DNA of 64,000 bases from NCBI RefSeq assembly GCF_058153355.1, contig NZ_CM177019.1, one strand, 5' to 3'. Under the pieces are notes generated by a model that was given only the letters and a program-made list of their open reading frames with translations, searched no databases and was not told the origin of the DNA. The position numbers were made by a program, and so were the translations under genes. How positions within the stretch are numbered: the stretch's first letter is position 1; every line of letters starts with the position of its first letter. Positions 37,133-47,698 of the stretch are shown here, piece by piece.

Positions 37133-37724
37133 ATATCAATACGGTTCTGGCGAGCCGCTTACCTATAAGGAGCATTGTGAGTGCCTTATCCTTCTGAGTA
37201 GAAAATCATAGATAGGATAATCCTTAAAAATCACAAATAACTTAACTAATGCTTTGAGAATGATGACGGATCCGTCAGTAAGTCATCAATCGACAATCAC
37301 CACGCAATCATGCTTCTCTGACATTTTATCGGAGAAGCAATGCCTCTTTGTCTCAGTGCTATCCCCCCTTTTAAAGGGCAGATTTCAGTCGCCAATACAA
37401 CACATTTTTAAATACACTTTAACCTGGTTCATTATTACACATCTAAAACATCACAAAAATATCACTTCACACGCTATCGGAGAACATCATAACTTTTTAA
37501 AATCAGCGCTTTTTGATAGTTGTTAATGTTTTCCTTTACGATACTATCACTGCCCTTTTTTTATACACAAATATTACCGGGTGGAAATGAAAGGGAAGTT
37601 AAAGGTAATTATATCAGGAAGATATGACGCATTGTGTTTATTTCCGCGTAGAAGAAAATCCATTCCTGCTCTAATTCTCCGATTTGCAAAAATTTAGCGA
37701 AATAGATGAACAATAAGGAATGTT

Positions 37725-38948
37725 ATGTCAATTGACTTTACCCCAGGTATGATAAATACATATCACGGCGATATTTATAACCGCACAACAGATACCGACA
37801 ATATTAAAACACCAAACACACCGATGTGGCCTTGTGATAATCAGGAAGAACAGCAACCCATTAATTTTTCATTGTCTGAAGAAGGATATAACGCTGAACA
37901 ATTTGATTTAGCGCAACAACAACTCCAACAAATTAATGCGTGCCACACGAACACCACATATACAAATGCAGACTACTCAAAAGTTGTGGCTCAACTTGTA
38001 AAACTTATTAATAACATTGAAACGATAAGTTCGACACCACTTACGCAACAGACACAATCAATACTTAATCAGATTAATAACATTAGATACGAAAAGAATA
38101 AAAACTCTGAATCTGAAATCATTGTTGTCTTTAATCCTAAGCCCAATAAGCCAATCATAACTAAAATTCTCGTAGAAGAGGGAATACCAGTAAGATTCAG
38201 TGTCCAAACCGTTTCTTCCGAAAATAAAAATTTTTCTGGGCAACGAACTGATTTACCAACTGATATAAAAGATATTCAACGCTTGTACCAAAAAATGACA
38301 AGGTTGTATATTGAGCACAGTAAAAATGAAAACAGGATGAAAGTCTTTGCTGGAACCAACTTTATTGATTTCAATATGACAGGACAGGACCTGTCCGGGT
38401 TCGTTCTAACCTTGTCAAGGTTTTATTTCGAAGATCTACTTAATGTAAACTTCACTGACGCAAATTTATTTGATACTATTTTTTCACATAAGGAAAACCC
38501 TATCACAAAATTACATAAAGATGAACAATATGTTGACAAACAAATCAATGGGTTATTTTCAACATTATTAACCATTAATGACAACTCTTTAAGAGCAAAA
38601 GCGGAAATTGCTTCGATAATAATAGAATTATTAGAAACCAAGGTAAATAATCTTTCATACAACGACATAATAAAATATCAGAAAGAATTCCAAAAAGAAT
38701 GTTACAAGCAAGTTAAATATTTTACAACACCCTCTCGATACAATAGAATTAAAAAATGGGCACAAATGTCTGAATATCAATTCGAAATATTTCAACACGA
38801 TACGTTTCATCCTAAAAAAATGTCATACGCACCTTATTTAAAGAGATCGCTACCTGATGAAAAAACTATAAATTATGGGGTGGAAATAGAAATACCAACT
38901 GGCAAAAGAATTCGCTTATCAAATCATTACCAGAATATAATCCCATAA
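37725..38948 (+). CDS. yhiS: Uncharacterised protein YhiS (intact here) with pentapeptide-like repeats
   Basis: 407-aa AT-rich ORF immediately upstream of slp; segment [40 protein letters not shown] resembles pentapeptide repeats. Confidence 0.7.
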   Translation: MSIDFTPGMINTYHGDIYNRTTDTDNIKTPNTPMWPCDNQEEQQPINFSLSEEGYNAEQFDLAQQQLQQINACHTNTTYTNADYSKVVAQLVKLINNIETISSTPLTQQTQSILNQINNIRYEKNKNSESEIIVVFNPKPNKPIITKILVEEGIPVRFSVQTVSSENKNFSGQRTDLPTDIKDIQRLYQKMTRLYIEHSKNENRMKVFAGTNFIDFNMTGQDLSGFVLTLSRFYFEDLLNVNFTDANLFDTIFSHKENPITKLHKDEQYVDKQINGLFSTLLTINDNSLRAKAEIASIIIELLETKVNNLSYNDIIKYQKEFQKECYKQVKYFTTPSRYNRIKKWAQMSEYQFEIFQHDTFHPKKMSYAPYLKRSLPDEKTINYGVEIEIPTGKRIRLSNHYQNIIP

Positions 38949-39193
38949 TATTGAACATTAGCGCTTTATAAGCATTGAATAAAAATAGATTTTATGTACC
39001 TTTAAAAAAAGGCTATCTTATGGGGCGATGGATACTCATGTCACGCCCCAAAATTAACAGAATTAAACTAAACAGAATGGATATAAACATCAGACAGGTT
39101 TACGTTACTATCAGGCATATCGCCTCAGAATCAGATGAAAACTATAAAGAAATATCTATTATGGTTTTAATATTTGTTGATAAGGATAGTAAC

Positions 39194-39760
39194 ATGAACA
39201 TGACAAAAGGTGCACTCATCCTCAGCCTTTCATTTTTGCTTGCCGCATGTAGTTCAATTCCGCAAAATATCAAAGGCAATAACCAACCTGATATTCAAAA
39301 AAGTTTTGTTGCTGTTCATAACCAGCCGGGGTTATATGTTGGTCAACAAGCGCGCTTTGGCGGGAAGGTTATCAACGTTATCAATGGCAAAACGGATACG
39401 TTGTTAGAAATCGCTGTATTACCGTTGGATAGCTATGCGAAGCCTGATATTGAAGCCAACTATCAGGGCCGACTGCTTGCCAGACAAAGCGGCTTCCTTG
39501 ATCCAGTGAACTATCGTAATCACTTTGTTACCATCCTCGGTACCATTCAGGGTGAACAACCTGGCTTTATCAATAAAGTCCCGTATAACTTCCTGGAAGT
39601 GAATATGCAGGGCATCCAGGTGTGGCATTTGAGAGAAGTGGTTAATACCACCTATAACCTGTGGGATTACGGCTATGGTGCATTCTGGCCGGAACCGGGC
39701 TGGGGCGCGCCTTACTACACCAATGCGGTGAGTCAAGTAACACCTGAGCTGGTCAAATAA
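39194..39760 (+). CDS. slp: Starvation-inducible outer-membrane lipoprotein Slp
   Basis: 188-aa product from MNMTKGALILSLSFLLAACSS (lipobox LAAC). Confidence 0.9.
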   Translation: MNMTKGALILSLSFLLAACSSIPQNIKGNNQPDIQKSFVAVHNQPGLYVGQQARFGGKVINVINGKTDTLLEIAVLPLDSYAKPDIEANYQGRLLARQSGFLDPVNYRNHFVTILGTIQGEQPGFINKVPYNFLEVNMQGIQVWHLREVVNTTYNLWDYGYGAFWPEPGWGAPYYTNAVSQVTPELVK

Positions 39761-39915
39761 CACCACCGAGAGATGCAGATGCTTTCTCAGCATCTGCATC
39801 ATGCATTACATTAAATTAATACACAGCCAGCTAACTATTATTATTATAAGCCCTGTCCTGTTAATTACCTTTGGCAAACTGATTATAAAGTTAATGTCCG
39901 CACCAGGAGTCGGTT

Positions 39916-40446
39916 ATGTTTCTTATAATTACCAGGGATACGATGTTCTTCACTGCGATGAAAAACATTCTGAGCAAAGGTAATGTCGTTCATATACAGA
40001 ACGAAGAAGAGATCGACGTAATGTTGCATCAGCATGCCTTCGTCATTATTGATACATTAATGAATAATGTATTTCATTCTAATTTGCTCACTCAGATTGA
40101 ACGATTAAAACCTGTCCATGTGATTATTTTCTCTCCCTTTAATATTAAACGCTGCCTGGGGAAAGTACCGGTGACCTTTGTTCCGCGAACTATCACCATC
40201 ATCGACTTTGTCGCACTCATCAATGGCAGTTACTGCTCTGTGCCTGAAGCGGATGTGTCCCTTTCGCGCAAGCAGCATCAGGTTCTGAGCTGCATTGCGA
40301 ATCAAATGACAACGGAAGATATTCTGGAGAAACTGAAAATATCGCTAAAAACGTTCTACTGCCATAAACACAATATCATGATGATCCTCAATCTTAAGCG
40401 GATCAATGAGTTGGTACGCCATCAGCATATTGATTATCTGGTGTGA
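39916..40446 (+). CDS. dctR: LuxR-family transcriptional regulator DctR (YhiF)
   Basis: 176-aa ORF with a C-terminal LuxR-type HTH. Confidence 0.9.
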   Translation: MFLIITRDTMFFTAMKNILSKGNVVHIQNEEEIDVMLHQHAFVIIDTLMNNVFHSNLLTQIERLKPVHVIIFSPFNIKRCLGKVPVTFVPRTITIIDFVALINGSYCSVPEADVSLSRKQHQVLSCIANQMTTEDILEKLKISLKTFYCHKHNIMMILNLKRINELVRHQHIDYLV

Positions 40447-40506
40447 TCGATTGATTAATATAAAGAGGCCCAGCAATAAATAGCCAGACCTCCCTTTAAT
40501 TATACG

Positions 40507-41535
40507 TTATGCAGTAACGCCTTCCGGTATCAGCGAAGCAATTTGCTTACGCCATTGCGCTTGCTCCTGTTCGCCTTCTGTACGTTGACCATAAAGTTGC
40601 GCTATCTGCGTACCATCATGGGCAAACAATTCCAGACTGGTCACATAACCGTCACTAGCAGGTTTACGGGTTACCCAGGTTTCAGCAATGCTCTCTTCTA
40701 ATAGATGAAGAGTAAACGTCGGGTTAAAAATATTCAGCCAACCTTTCATTGGCACCACTTTTTCTACCACGCCAGTGAAAATCTGTACGCAGCCACGGTT
40801 GCCAACAAACACCATGATTTCATTGCCATCCTGCTGTGCAGATTCAAGAATTTGCGCCAACGCACTGTTGGATACTTTGCAGGCCAAATCATCTGCCACC
40901 AAATTGAACGCCTGTTGGCGCGTCAGGTTGTGGCGCTTGAGCAACGTAAAAAACTGATGAACGTCGGTCATCGCCCGCCACTCTTGCTCGACCACACTGG
41001 CATCGGCTCGCGTTTGAACAACTGGCGCATCAACGGCTTTTAACTCAAGCGGCGTATTCTCATCGGTGATAAACCGTGCCAGAAGCTCACTCCATGCCGC
41101 CATATCGGTATTGTCGGTGGCATAAACTTTTAGTAATGCATCGCCCTGATGATCAAAGAACTGAATACTCTGGCGTTCGCCACGAGTCGTATTTTCTTTG
41201 ATGTGGAAAACACTGGCCCATTGATTGAGAAACAGACGCAAATCCAGCGCGCGCGGATTGAGGATCAATCCGGCATGTCCGTTTAAATGCTGGTTTGTGA
41301 ACGCACCAACTTGCTCATGGACTGCATATTCATTACGACAAATACATTTGGTCTCGCCAACACTTTCGAGCGCCGCCAGAATGTCACGGATATCGCCGCA
41401 CATCCGCCACGCATCGTGCGTGACGCGCGCAAATGCCAGTTCTGCTTCGCTAATATTCATTAAACCTGCGATGTCACGCGCGTACTTTCCGGGATTTTGT
41501 TCTTTTAACTCAAGCCAGCGTGTGTAGTGGTTCAT
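40507..41535 (-). CDS. chuS: Haem oxygenase / haem degradation protein ChuS (HemS family)
   Basis: 342-aa ORF immediately downstream of the TonB-dependent receptor gene; translation matches my recollection of ChuS/ShuS. Confidence 0.85.
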   Translation of the reverse strand: MNHYTRWLELKEQNPGKYARDIAGLMNISEAELAFARVTHDAWRMCGDIRDILAALESVGETKCICRNEYAVHEQVGAFTNQHLNGHAGLILNPRALDLRLFLNQWASVFHIKENTTRGERQSIQFFDHQGDALLKVYATDNTDMAAWSELLARFITDENTPLELKAVDAPVVQTRADASVVEQEWRAMTDVHQFFTLLKRHNLTRQQAFNLVADDLACKVSNSALAQILESAQQDGNEIMVFVGNRGCVQIFTGVVEKVVPMKGWLNIFNPTFTLHLLEESIAETWVTRKPASDGYVTSLELFAHDGTQIAQLYGQRTEGEQEQAQWRKQIASLIPEGVTA

Positions 41536-41583
41536 TGTCTCTCTTCCTTCCAGATAAATGCCCCGAAATATCGGGGCAGATGA

Positions 41584-43566
41584 TTACCATTGATAACTAA
41601 CGAAAATTTTTCCGTTACGACCATCCTGTGGGATGCCTTGCGGCGACCAGTACTCTTTGTCGAAGGCGTTGCCCAATACCAGAGTAGTGGTCATACCTTT
41701 GAGCGCCTGCTGCCCTTGATAACTGACGTAGAAATCATTCACACCATAGCCAGGTTGTTTGCTGTAACTGCTGCTGATATGTGTTGAGCGATCGGCAAAC
41801 GTACCGACCCAACCAACAGAGAAGCCACTGTGAGCGATCGGAATATTCAGGGTGCTGGTAACGGTATCCGGGTTAATACTGGAAATATATTCCCCGGTAT
41901 CGGTGTCTTTGCCGCGGGTACGGTTATAGGCCACATCAAGGCTAAACAGATCAGTGGTATATTTCGTCATCACATCCCAGCCCCAGATTTTGGCGTTCGG
42001 GACGTTATACGACATAGTTGTCGCCGCCGCGAAATCGACAGTCGTGGAGATGTAATCCTTCGCTTTGGTATCAAAGTAGCTGGCTTTAAATTCCAGGGCA
42101 TCATTGGACAACATCAGGTCATCAAAACGCAGCCCAAAACCGTACTCCTGAGTTTCGTTAGTTTCCGGACGTAAGTTCGGGTTTGGCACCCAATAGTTGG
42201 TATAGAAGCGACCAATCGAGAAGTGCTTAGAATCGTTATACATTTCGCCCATCGTCGGGGCGCGGAATGCCTGGGCATATGAGCCAAATAACATCAGCCA
42301 GTTGGTCGGGTTGATAGTCATCCCCGCACGAGATGACCATTTGTCAGCATCAACATCTTTGTAGCCGTCGCTGCTACCGTGATAACTGTCATAGCGGGTT
42401 CCGCCAAGCAGGGTAATCGGCAGATCGCGTAAGGTGATCTCATCCTGTAGCCAGCCAGAGCTAAAATCGATTTTTGCTTGCGGAAAGCCCGTCGTCGCGC
42501 CACCCGGATGTTGTTCCTGACGATAATACTCACCGCCATATGTCAGTAAGTGAGAAGCGAAACTGTCGGCAAATAGAGTGGAACGGTTCTCCAGCCTGGC
42601 TCCTTTTGTTATCTGTTCACGATACTCGCCGGAACTCCCCGTGTTTTGCGCATTAATACGGACTTCCGACCAGTAAATTTTTGCATCTGCATTTAACCAG
42701 TCGTTGCCCTGCGGGGCGAGTTTATAAGAAAGCTGCGCATCGCGTTGAATTGTTGAACGATCAACCATCGGGTTGCTGTTTTCAGAAGCCTCAACGGTCT
42801 GCGGATTTTTTGGTTCACGCGCGTCGTTGTTGTAGTAACGCACTAAACCGCTCAGAGACTGGGCTGAATCAATTTGCCAGGTCCCTTTCGCCAGCATGTT
42901 ATTAATGGACTCGTCATTCGGCGCGGTTTCACCATTGCTCTGGCGTAAATCACCCCGATCGCGACTGGACCAGGCCACAATACCATCCAGATTTTCAGTT
43001 CGCCCAAACGCGCTCGCGCCTAATCCCAGGCTATGGTCCCCCGTGCCACCAGTACCAAAGACACGAAAACCACTACTTTGTCCTTCCTGCAATAAATCTT
43101 TTGCATCGACCGTATCGTAGGAGATCACCCCACCCAGCGCGCCACTGCCATACAGTAATGCTGAAGGTCCGCGAACAATCTCAACACGCTTGATCAGCGC
43201 CGGATCGAGAAAAGTACCATTCAGATGTCCGGTATCCGTTCCCTGGCGAACACCATCGACAAGAACCAGCACGCCGCGATGATCATAGCCACGCATATTT
43301 ACATCCTGACCGTTGGTTCGTCCGGTACCATCAAGAGTAATTCCAGGAACATGACGCAGCAGATCGGTGGCTGAAGTAGCCGTTTGATTTTCAGGAGCGG
43401 AAGTGTCGATGACGCTGACCATCATAGGCGCTTCGAAGGAACTACGGGCATTCCCCGTTGCCGTAACGGTCATGGTTTCAGTAGCAAAAGCAAACGTTGG
43501 CAAGGTGGCAGAAACAGCCAAAGCCAACAAACTCAAACGCAACGAGGTAAATTGCGGACGTGACAT
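41584..43566 (-). CDS. chuA: TonB-dependent outer-membrane haem receptor ChuA
   Basis: 660-aa ORF with signal peptide, plug domain and C-terminal aromatic residue (…FVSYQW); Fur box upstream. Confidence 0.9.
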   Translation of the reverse strand: MSRPQFTSLRLSLLALAVSATLPTFAFATETMTVTATGNARSSFEAPMMVSVIDTSAPENQTATSATDLLRHVPGITLDGTGRTNGQDVNMRGYDHRGVLVLVDGVRQGTDTGHLNGTFLDPALIKRVEIVRGPSALLYGSGALGGVISYDTVDAKDLLQEGQSSGFRVFGTGGTGDHSLGLGASAFGRTENLDGIVAWSSRDRGDLRQSNGETAPNDESINNMLAKGTWQIDSAQSLSGLVRYYNNDAREPKNPQTVEASENSNPMVDRSTIQRDAQLSYKLAPQGNDWLNADAKIYWSEVRINAQNTGSSGEYREQITKGARLENRSTLFADSFASHLLTYGGEYYRQEQHPGGATTGFPQAKIDFSSGWLQDEITLRDLPITLLGGTRYDSYHGSSDGYKDVDADKWSSRAGMTINPTNWLMLFGSYAQAFRAPTMGEMYNDSKHFSIGRFYTNYWVPNPNLRPETNETQEYGFGLRFDDLMLSNDALEFKASYFDTKAKDYISTTVDFAAATTMSYNVPNAKIWGWDVMTKYTTDLFSLDVAYNRTRGKDTDTGEYISSINPDTVTSTLNIPIAHSGFSVGWVGTFADRSTHISSSYSKQPGYGVNDFYVSYQGQQALKGMTTTLVLGNAFDKEYWSPQGIPQDGRNGKIFVSYQW

Positions 43567-43855
43567 AGCGATTCTCCATGAGGAAAATAAAAAATGCTGG
43601 CTGCCTGGGTTAATACCGGGGTGGCTTGCGAGAAATAAATTTATTTAAAATTCAGAGCGATAATATTCGCCGGGTGAGTTTACAGGCGTTTATATCCCAT
43701 GAAATTGCCTGGTATCTCGGCAAATACGCAAAAGCACGCCCTCTTTGTCAGGCAAAACGATATGCCCCATCAGGAGTGAAGAGCGCTGTGCGTTATCCCT
43801 TGCAAATGCTATGGTTTTGTTATCCATATGGTCGTGTTTTGTTAAGCGCGAACGT

Positions 43856-43874
43856 GATAATGAGAATTATTATC
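43856..43874. promoter_or_regulatory. Fur box in the chuA-chuT divergent promoter region
   Basis: gataatgagaattattatc closely matches the 19-bp Fur consensus GATAATGATAATCATTATC. Confidence 0.75.
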
Positions 43875-44248
43875 GATCAATTTTTTATGATCAAGCTTTT
43901 TTTAACCGCCATTAACACAATAAACAGGGGGTTATGAAACCTATCCTGCGCCCTGGAAACCACTTTGTTTTTATGGTTATTCCCCCATGACCTCATCACT
44001 AAACTTTGTCGTTAACAGTGATAATTTTCTCTTCTCTTTGCTCTGCAAGCCGCGATATCTCTGGGTTCTCAGCTTTTTCCCGCGCTGAAATTTAGTCGGT
44101 AACAAGAACGTTAGCTGACGAAGCATCTTGATAAAAATCAAAAATAAATACGCTTGTAACGCCTTGCGTATTGAATCGACGGTTGTATTTCATATATAAC
44201 TCAAATGATAATCATGATCATTCTCAATTTGATAAGAGTTCTCATATT

Positions 44249-45163
44249 ATGCCAAGGATCATCACCAGGCCGTTTCTTTTTTCCCCACTGACGTTATGTA
44301 TTTCAGCCGTGGCCTCTGCCGCGAAGACCGCGGTAAAACGAAAAAAATTGTTTACGGCAGTACTGGCTCTTAGCTGGGCTTTTAGCGTAACGGCTGCCGA
44401 ACGTATCGTGGTCGCAGGAGGATCGCTGACGGAGCTAATCTACGCGATGGGCGCTGGCGAACGCGTGGTTGGTGTCGATGAAACGACATCTTATCCACCA
44501 GAAACCGCCAAACTGCCGCATATTGGCTACTGGAAACAACTCAGCAGCGAAGGCATTTTGTCACTTCGCCCGGATAGCGTAATTACCTGGCAGGATGCCG
44601 GGCCACAAATTGTGCTCGACCAACTACGAGCGCAGAAAGTCAACGTCGTCACCCTGCCGCGTGTGCCTGCCACCCTTGAGCAGATGTACGCCAACATTCG
44701 CCAACTGGCAAAAACGCTACAGGTTCCTGAACAAGGCGAGGCGCTGGTGACACAGATCAACCAACGCCTGGAGCGAGTACAGCAAAACGTGGCGGGCAAA
44801 AAAGCCCCGGTTAAAGCCATGTTTATTCTCTCCGCAGGCGGAAGTGCGCCACAGGTTGCCGGTAAAGGCAGCGTCGCGGACGCCATTCTTTCGCTTGCCG
44901 GAGCAGAAAACGTCGCAACCCACCAGCAGTACAAAAGCTACAGTGCAGAATCACTGATTGCGGCTAATCCAGAAGTGATTGTCGTAACCTCACAAATGGT
45001 CGATGGCGATATTAACCGGCTACGTTCTATTGCCGGAATTACCCACACTGCCGCATGGAAAAACCAGCGCATTATCACCGTTGATCAAAACCTGATTCTG
45101 GGAATGGGTCCGCGTATTGCTGATGTCGTTGAGTCTTTACACCAGCAGCTTTGGCCGCAATAA
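44249..45163 (+). CDS. chuT: Periplasmic haem-binding protein ChuT (start codon uncertain)
   Basis: ABC substrate-binding protein with a signal-peptide-like N-terminus; the ORF-track start at 44171 may over-extend. Confidence 0.75.
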   Translation: MPRIITRPFLFSPLTLCISAVASAAKTAVKRKKLFTAVLALSWAFSVTAAERIVVAGGSLTELIYAMGAGERVVGVDETTSYPPETAKLPHIGYWKQLSSEGILSLRPDSVITWQDAGPQIVLDQLRAQKVNVVTLPRVPATLEQMYANIRQLAKTLQVPEQGEALVTQINQRLERVQQNVAGKKAPVKAMFILSAGGSAPQVAGKGSVADAILSLAGAENVATHQQYKSYSAESLIAANPEVIVVTSQMVDGDINRLRSIAGITHTAAWKNQRIITVDQNLILGMGPRIADVVESLHQQLWPQ

Positions 45164-45182
45164 ATGGATTTAAATCAGACGA

Positions 45183-46520
45183 ATGAACACAAATAACCCC
45201 CTGGATCTCACGCCACATTTTGCTTTAGACGGTGATCAGCCATTTAAAGACAGGCGCGCCATGATGCCGTTTCGTGGGGCCATTCCAGTTGCCAAAGAGC
45301 AACTGGCACAGACCTGGCAAGAGATGCTCAATCAAACGGTATCACCACGTAAGCGACTGGTTTATCTACACATTCCTTTTTGTGCAACACACTGCACGTT
45401 TTGTGGTTTTTATCAGAACCGTTTTAATGAAGATGCGTGTGCTCATTATACCGACGCCCTGATTCGTGAAATAGAAATGGAAGCGGACAGCGTATTGCAT
45501 CAGTCTGCCCCCATCCACGCGGTCTATTTCGGTGGCGGCACGCCTTCCGCGCTTTCGGCACACGATTTGGCCAGAATTATCACCACATTACGAGAAAAGC
45601 TGCCACTGGCCCCTGATTGTGAAATCACTATCGAAGGCCGGGTACTGAATTTTGACGCTGAGCGAATCGATGCTTGCCTTGATGCAGGAGCAAACCGCTT
45701 CTCAATTGGTATTCAGTCGTTTAACAGCAAAATCCGTAAGAAAATGGCCCGCACCTCGGATGGCCCAACCGCCATTGCGTTTATGGAAAGCCTGGTCAAA
45801 CGCGACCGTGCTGCGGTGGTCTGTGACCTTCTGTTTGGCCTGCCGGGTCAGGATGCGCAAACCTGGGGAGAAGATCTGACTATTGCCCGCGATATCGGTC
45901 TCGACGGCGTCGATCTCTATGCGCTCAATGTCCTGCCCAATACACCGCTGGGCAAAGCCGTGGAAAATGGGCGTACTACCGTGCCCTCTCCGGCAGAACG
46001 ACGCGATCTTTATCTGCAAGGGTGTGACTTCATGGACGAAGCTGGTTGGCGCTGTATCAGTAACAGCCACTGGGGCCGTACCACACGCGAACGCAATCTC
46101 TATAACCTGCTGATTAAACAAGGTGCCGATTGTCTGGCCTTTGGTTCCGGAGCCGGCGGTTCGATTAATGGTTACTCCTGGATGAACGAACGCAGTCTTC
46201 AGACCTGGCATGAATCCGTCGCGGCAGGCAAAAAACCGCTGATGATGATCATGCGTAACGCCGAACGTAATGCGCAATGGCGTCATACCTTGCAGTCAGG
46301 TGTTGAAACAGCGCGTGTACCGCTGGATGAACTTACGCCACATGCCGAAAAACTCGCGCCGTTACTGGCTCAATGGCACCAAAAAGGCTTAAGCCGCGAT
46401 GCTTCAACTTGCCTGCGGCTGACTAATGAAGGTCGTTTCTGGGCAAGCAATATTTTGCAGTCTCTTAATGAACTAATTCAGGTACTTAATGCGCCAGCGA
46501 TTGTGCGTGAAAAACCATAA
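45183..46520 (+). CDS. chuW: Radical SAM haem-degrading enzyme ChuW (HemN-like)
   Basis: 445-aa ORF with the radical SAM Cys motif CATHCTFC. Confidence 0.85.
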   Translation: MNTNNPLDLTPHFALDGDQPFKDRRAMMPFRGAIPVAKEQLAQTWQEMLNQTVSPRKRLVYLHIPFCATHCTFCGFYQNRFNEDACAHYTDALIREIEMEADSVLHQSAPIHAVYFGGGTPSALSAHDLARIITTLREKLPLAPDCEITIEGRVLNFDAERIDACLDAGANRFSIGIQSFNSKIRKKMARTSDGPTAIAFMESLVKRDRAAVVCDLLFGLPGQDAQTWGEDLTIARDIGLDGVDLYALNVLPNTPLGKAVENGRTTVPSPAERRDLYLQGCDFMDEAGWRCISNSHWGRTTRERNLYNLLIKQGADCLAFGSGAGGSINGYSWMNERSLQTWHESVAAGKKPLMMIMRNAERNAQWRHTLQSGVETARVPLDELTPHAEKLAPLLAQWHQKGLSRDASTCLRLTNEGRFWASNILQSLNELIQVLNAPAIVREKP

Positions 46521-46532
46521 CAGGAGTGATTT

Positions 46533-47027
46533 ATGAGCCATGTCTCGTTACAAGAATTTTTGAAAACGGAGCCGGACGGTACGCTGGAGGTGGTAGCCGA
46601 ACAATACAACACCACACTGCTGGAAGTAGTGAGAAATCTACCCTCCTCTACCGTAGTGTCAGGCGATAAATTCGATACTGTCTGGGATACCGTCTGCGAA
46701 TGGGGCAACGTCACCACGTTAGTACATACTGCCGATGTAATCCTCGAATTTAGCGGCGAACTGCCTTCGGGTTTCCATCGCCACGGCTATTTCAACCTAC
46801 GCGGAAAGCACGGCATGTCCGGGCATATCAAAGCAGAAAACTGCACACATATTGCCTTGATCGAACGTAAATTTATGGGCATGGACACCGCATCCATTCT
46901 CTTTTTCAACAAAGAAGGCAGCTCAATGCTGAAAATCTTCCTCGGCAGGGATGACCATCGTCAGCTCCTGAGCGAACAAGTCAGCGCCTTCCATGCTCTG
47001 GCAGCATCGTTAAAGGAACACGCCTGA
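46533..47027 (+). CDS. chuX: Haem utilisation protein ChuX
   Basis: 164-aa ORF in chu operon context. Confidence 0.8.
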   Translation: MSHVSLQEFLKTEPDGTLEVVAEQYNTTLLEVVRNLPSSTVVSGDKFDTVWDTVCEWGNVTTLVHTADVILEFSGELPSGFHRHGYFNLRGKHGMSGHIKAENCTHIALIERKFMGMDTASILFFNKEGSSMLKIFLGRDDHRQLLSEQVSAFHALAASLKEHA

Positions 47028-47650
47028 TGACGCCGTGGCTACTCTTTGGCGCAGGCGGAAAAGGTGTGGGTGCCAGAACGCTTGAACTGGCGCTGGCGGA
47101 ACAACGTCCGGTCGTTGCTGTCATTCGTCATGCTGATGCTGCCACGAAACTGGCGCAACAAGGCGTACAGGTTTTTACAGGCGACGCCTGTGATGCCAGC
47201 GTAGTCGCGGCTGCTTGCCGCGCAGCTGGCCCGGATGCGCTTATCATCTCAACAATGGGCGGAGCTCAGGATTATCTGGCACACAGAACAGTGATTGATG
47301 AGGCCGAAAAGGCCGGCATCAGTCGCATGATTCTGGTGACCTCTTTGGGATGTGGCGATAGCTGGCCGTTTTTATCGGAGCGGGCAAAGGCTGCGTTTGG
47401 TCAGGCGGTACGGGAAAAAACGCTGGCGGAAAGCTGGTTGCAAACCAGCCAGCTTGATTACGCCATTCTCCGCCCTGGCGGTCTGCTTGATGGTGCGGCA
47501 ACGGGCAAAGCACAACGGATACAAAATCAGGAGTGTCATGGTTTTGTTAACCGTGTCGATGTCGCCGCACATATCCATGAACTGGCAAATGCGCCAGCAC
47601 TTAACCAGCAGGTCTACAGTCTGATTGAACCGGACCTGAAACCGGCGTGA
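47027..47650 (+). CDS. chuY: NAD(P)-binding reductase ChuY
   Basis: 207-aa ORF with an N-terminal Rossmann-like Gly-rich motif (LFGAGGKG); start overlaps chuX stop. Confidence 0.8.
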   Translation: MTPWLLFGAGGKGVGARTLELALAEQRPVVAVIRHADAATKLAQQGVQVFTGDACDASVVAAACRAAGPDALIISTMGGAQDYLAHRTVIDEAEKAGISRMILVTSLGCGDSWPFLSERAKAAFGQAVREKTLAESWLQTSQLDYAILRPGGLLDGAATGKAQRIQNQECHGFVNRVDVAAHIHELANAPALNQQVYSLIEPDLKPA

Positions 47651-47698
47651 TCCCCCGGCGCGGAATCTCCGCGCCGTAATGTCGTAACGGAGTTTTGC

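Larger units (their letters stand above)
33266..37162 (+). mobile_element. IS66-family insertion sequence (ISEc8-like) carrying a nested IS4
   Basis: Imperfect terminal IRs starting GTAAGCG at both ends; 8-bp direct repeat CTATAAGG at 33258-33265 and 37163-37170; contains tnpA (split), tnpB and tnpC; about 2.46 kb after subtracting IS4. Confidence 0.85.

Noticed and set aside
44171-44248. N-terminal 26-codon extension of chuT in the ORF track
   Set aside because: The extension (MNRRLYFIYNSNDNHDHSQFDKSSHI) is AT-rich and unlike a signal peptide; a downstream start is more plausible, though the exact start remains uncertain.
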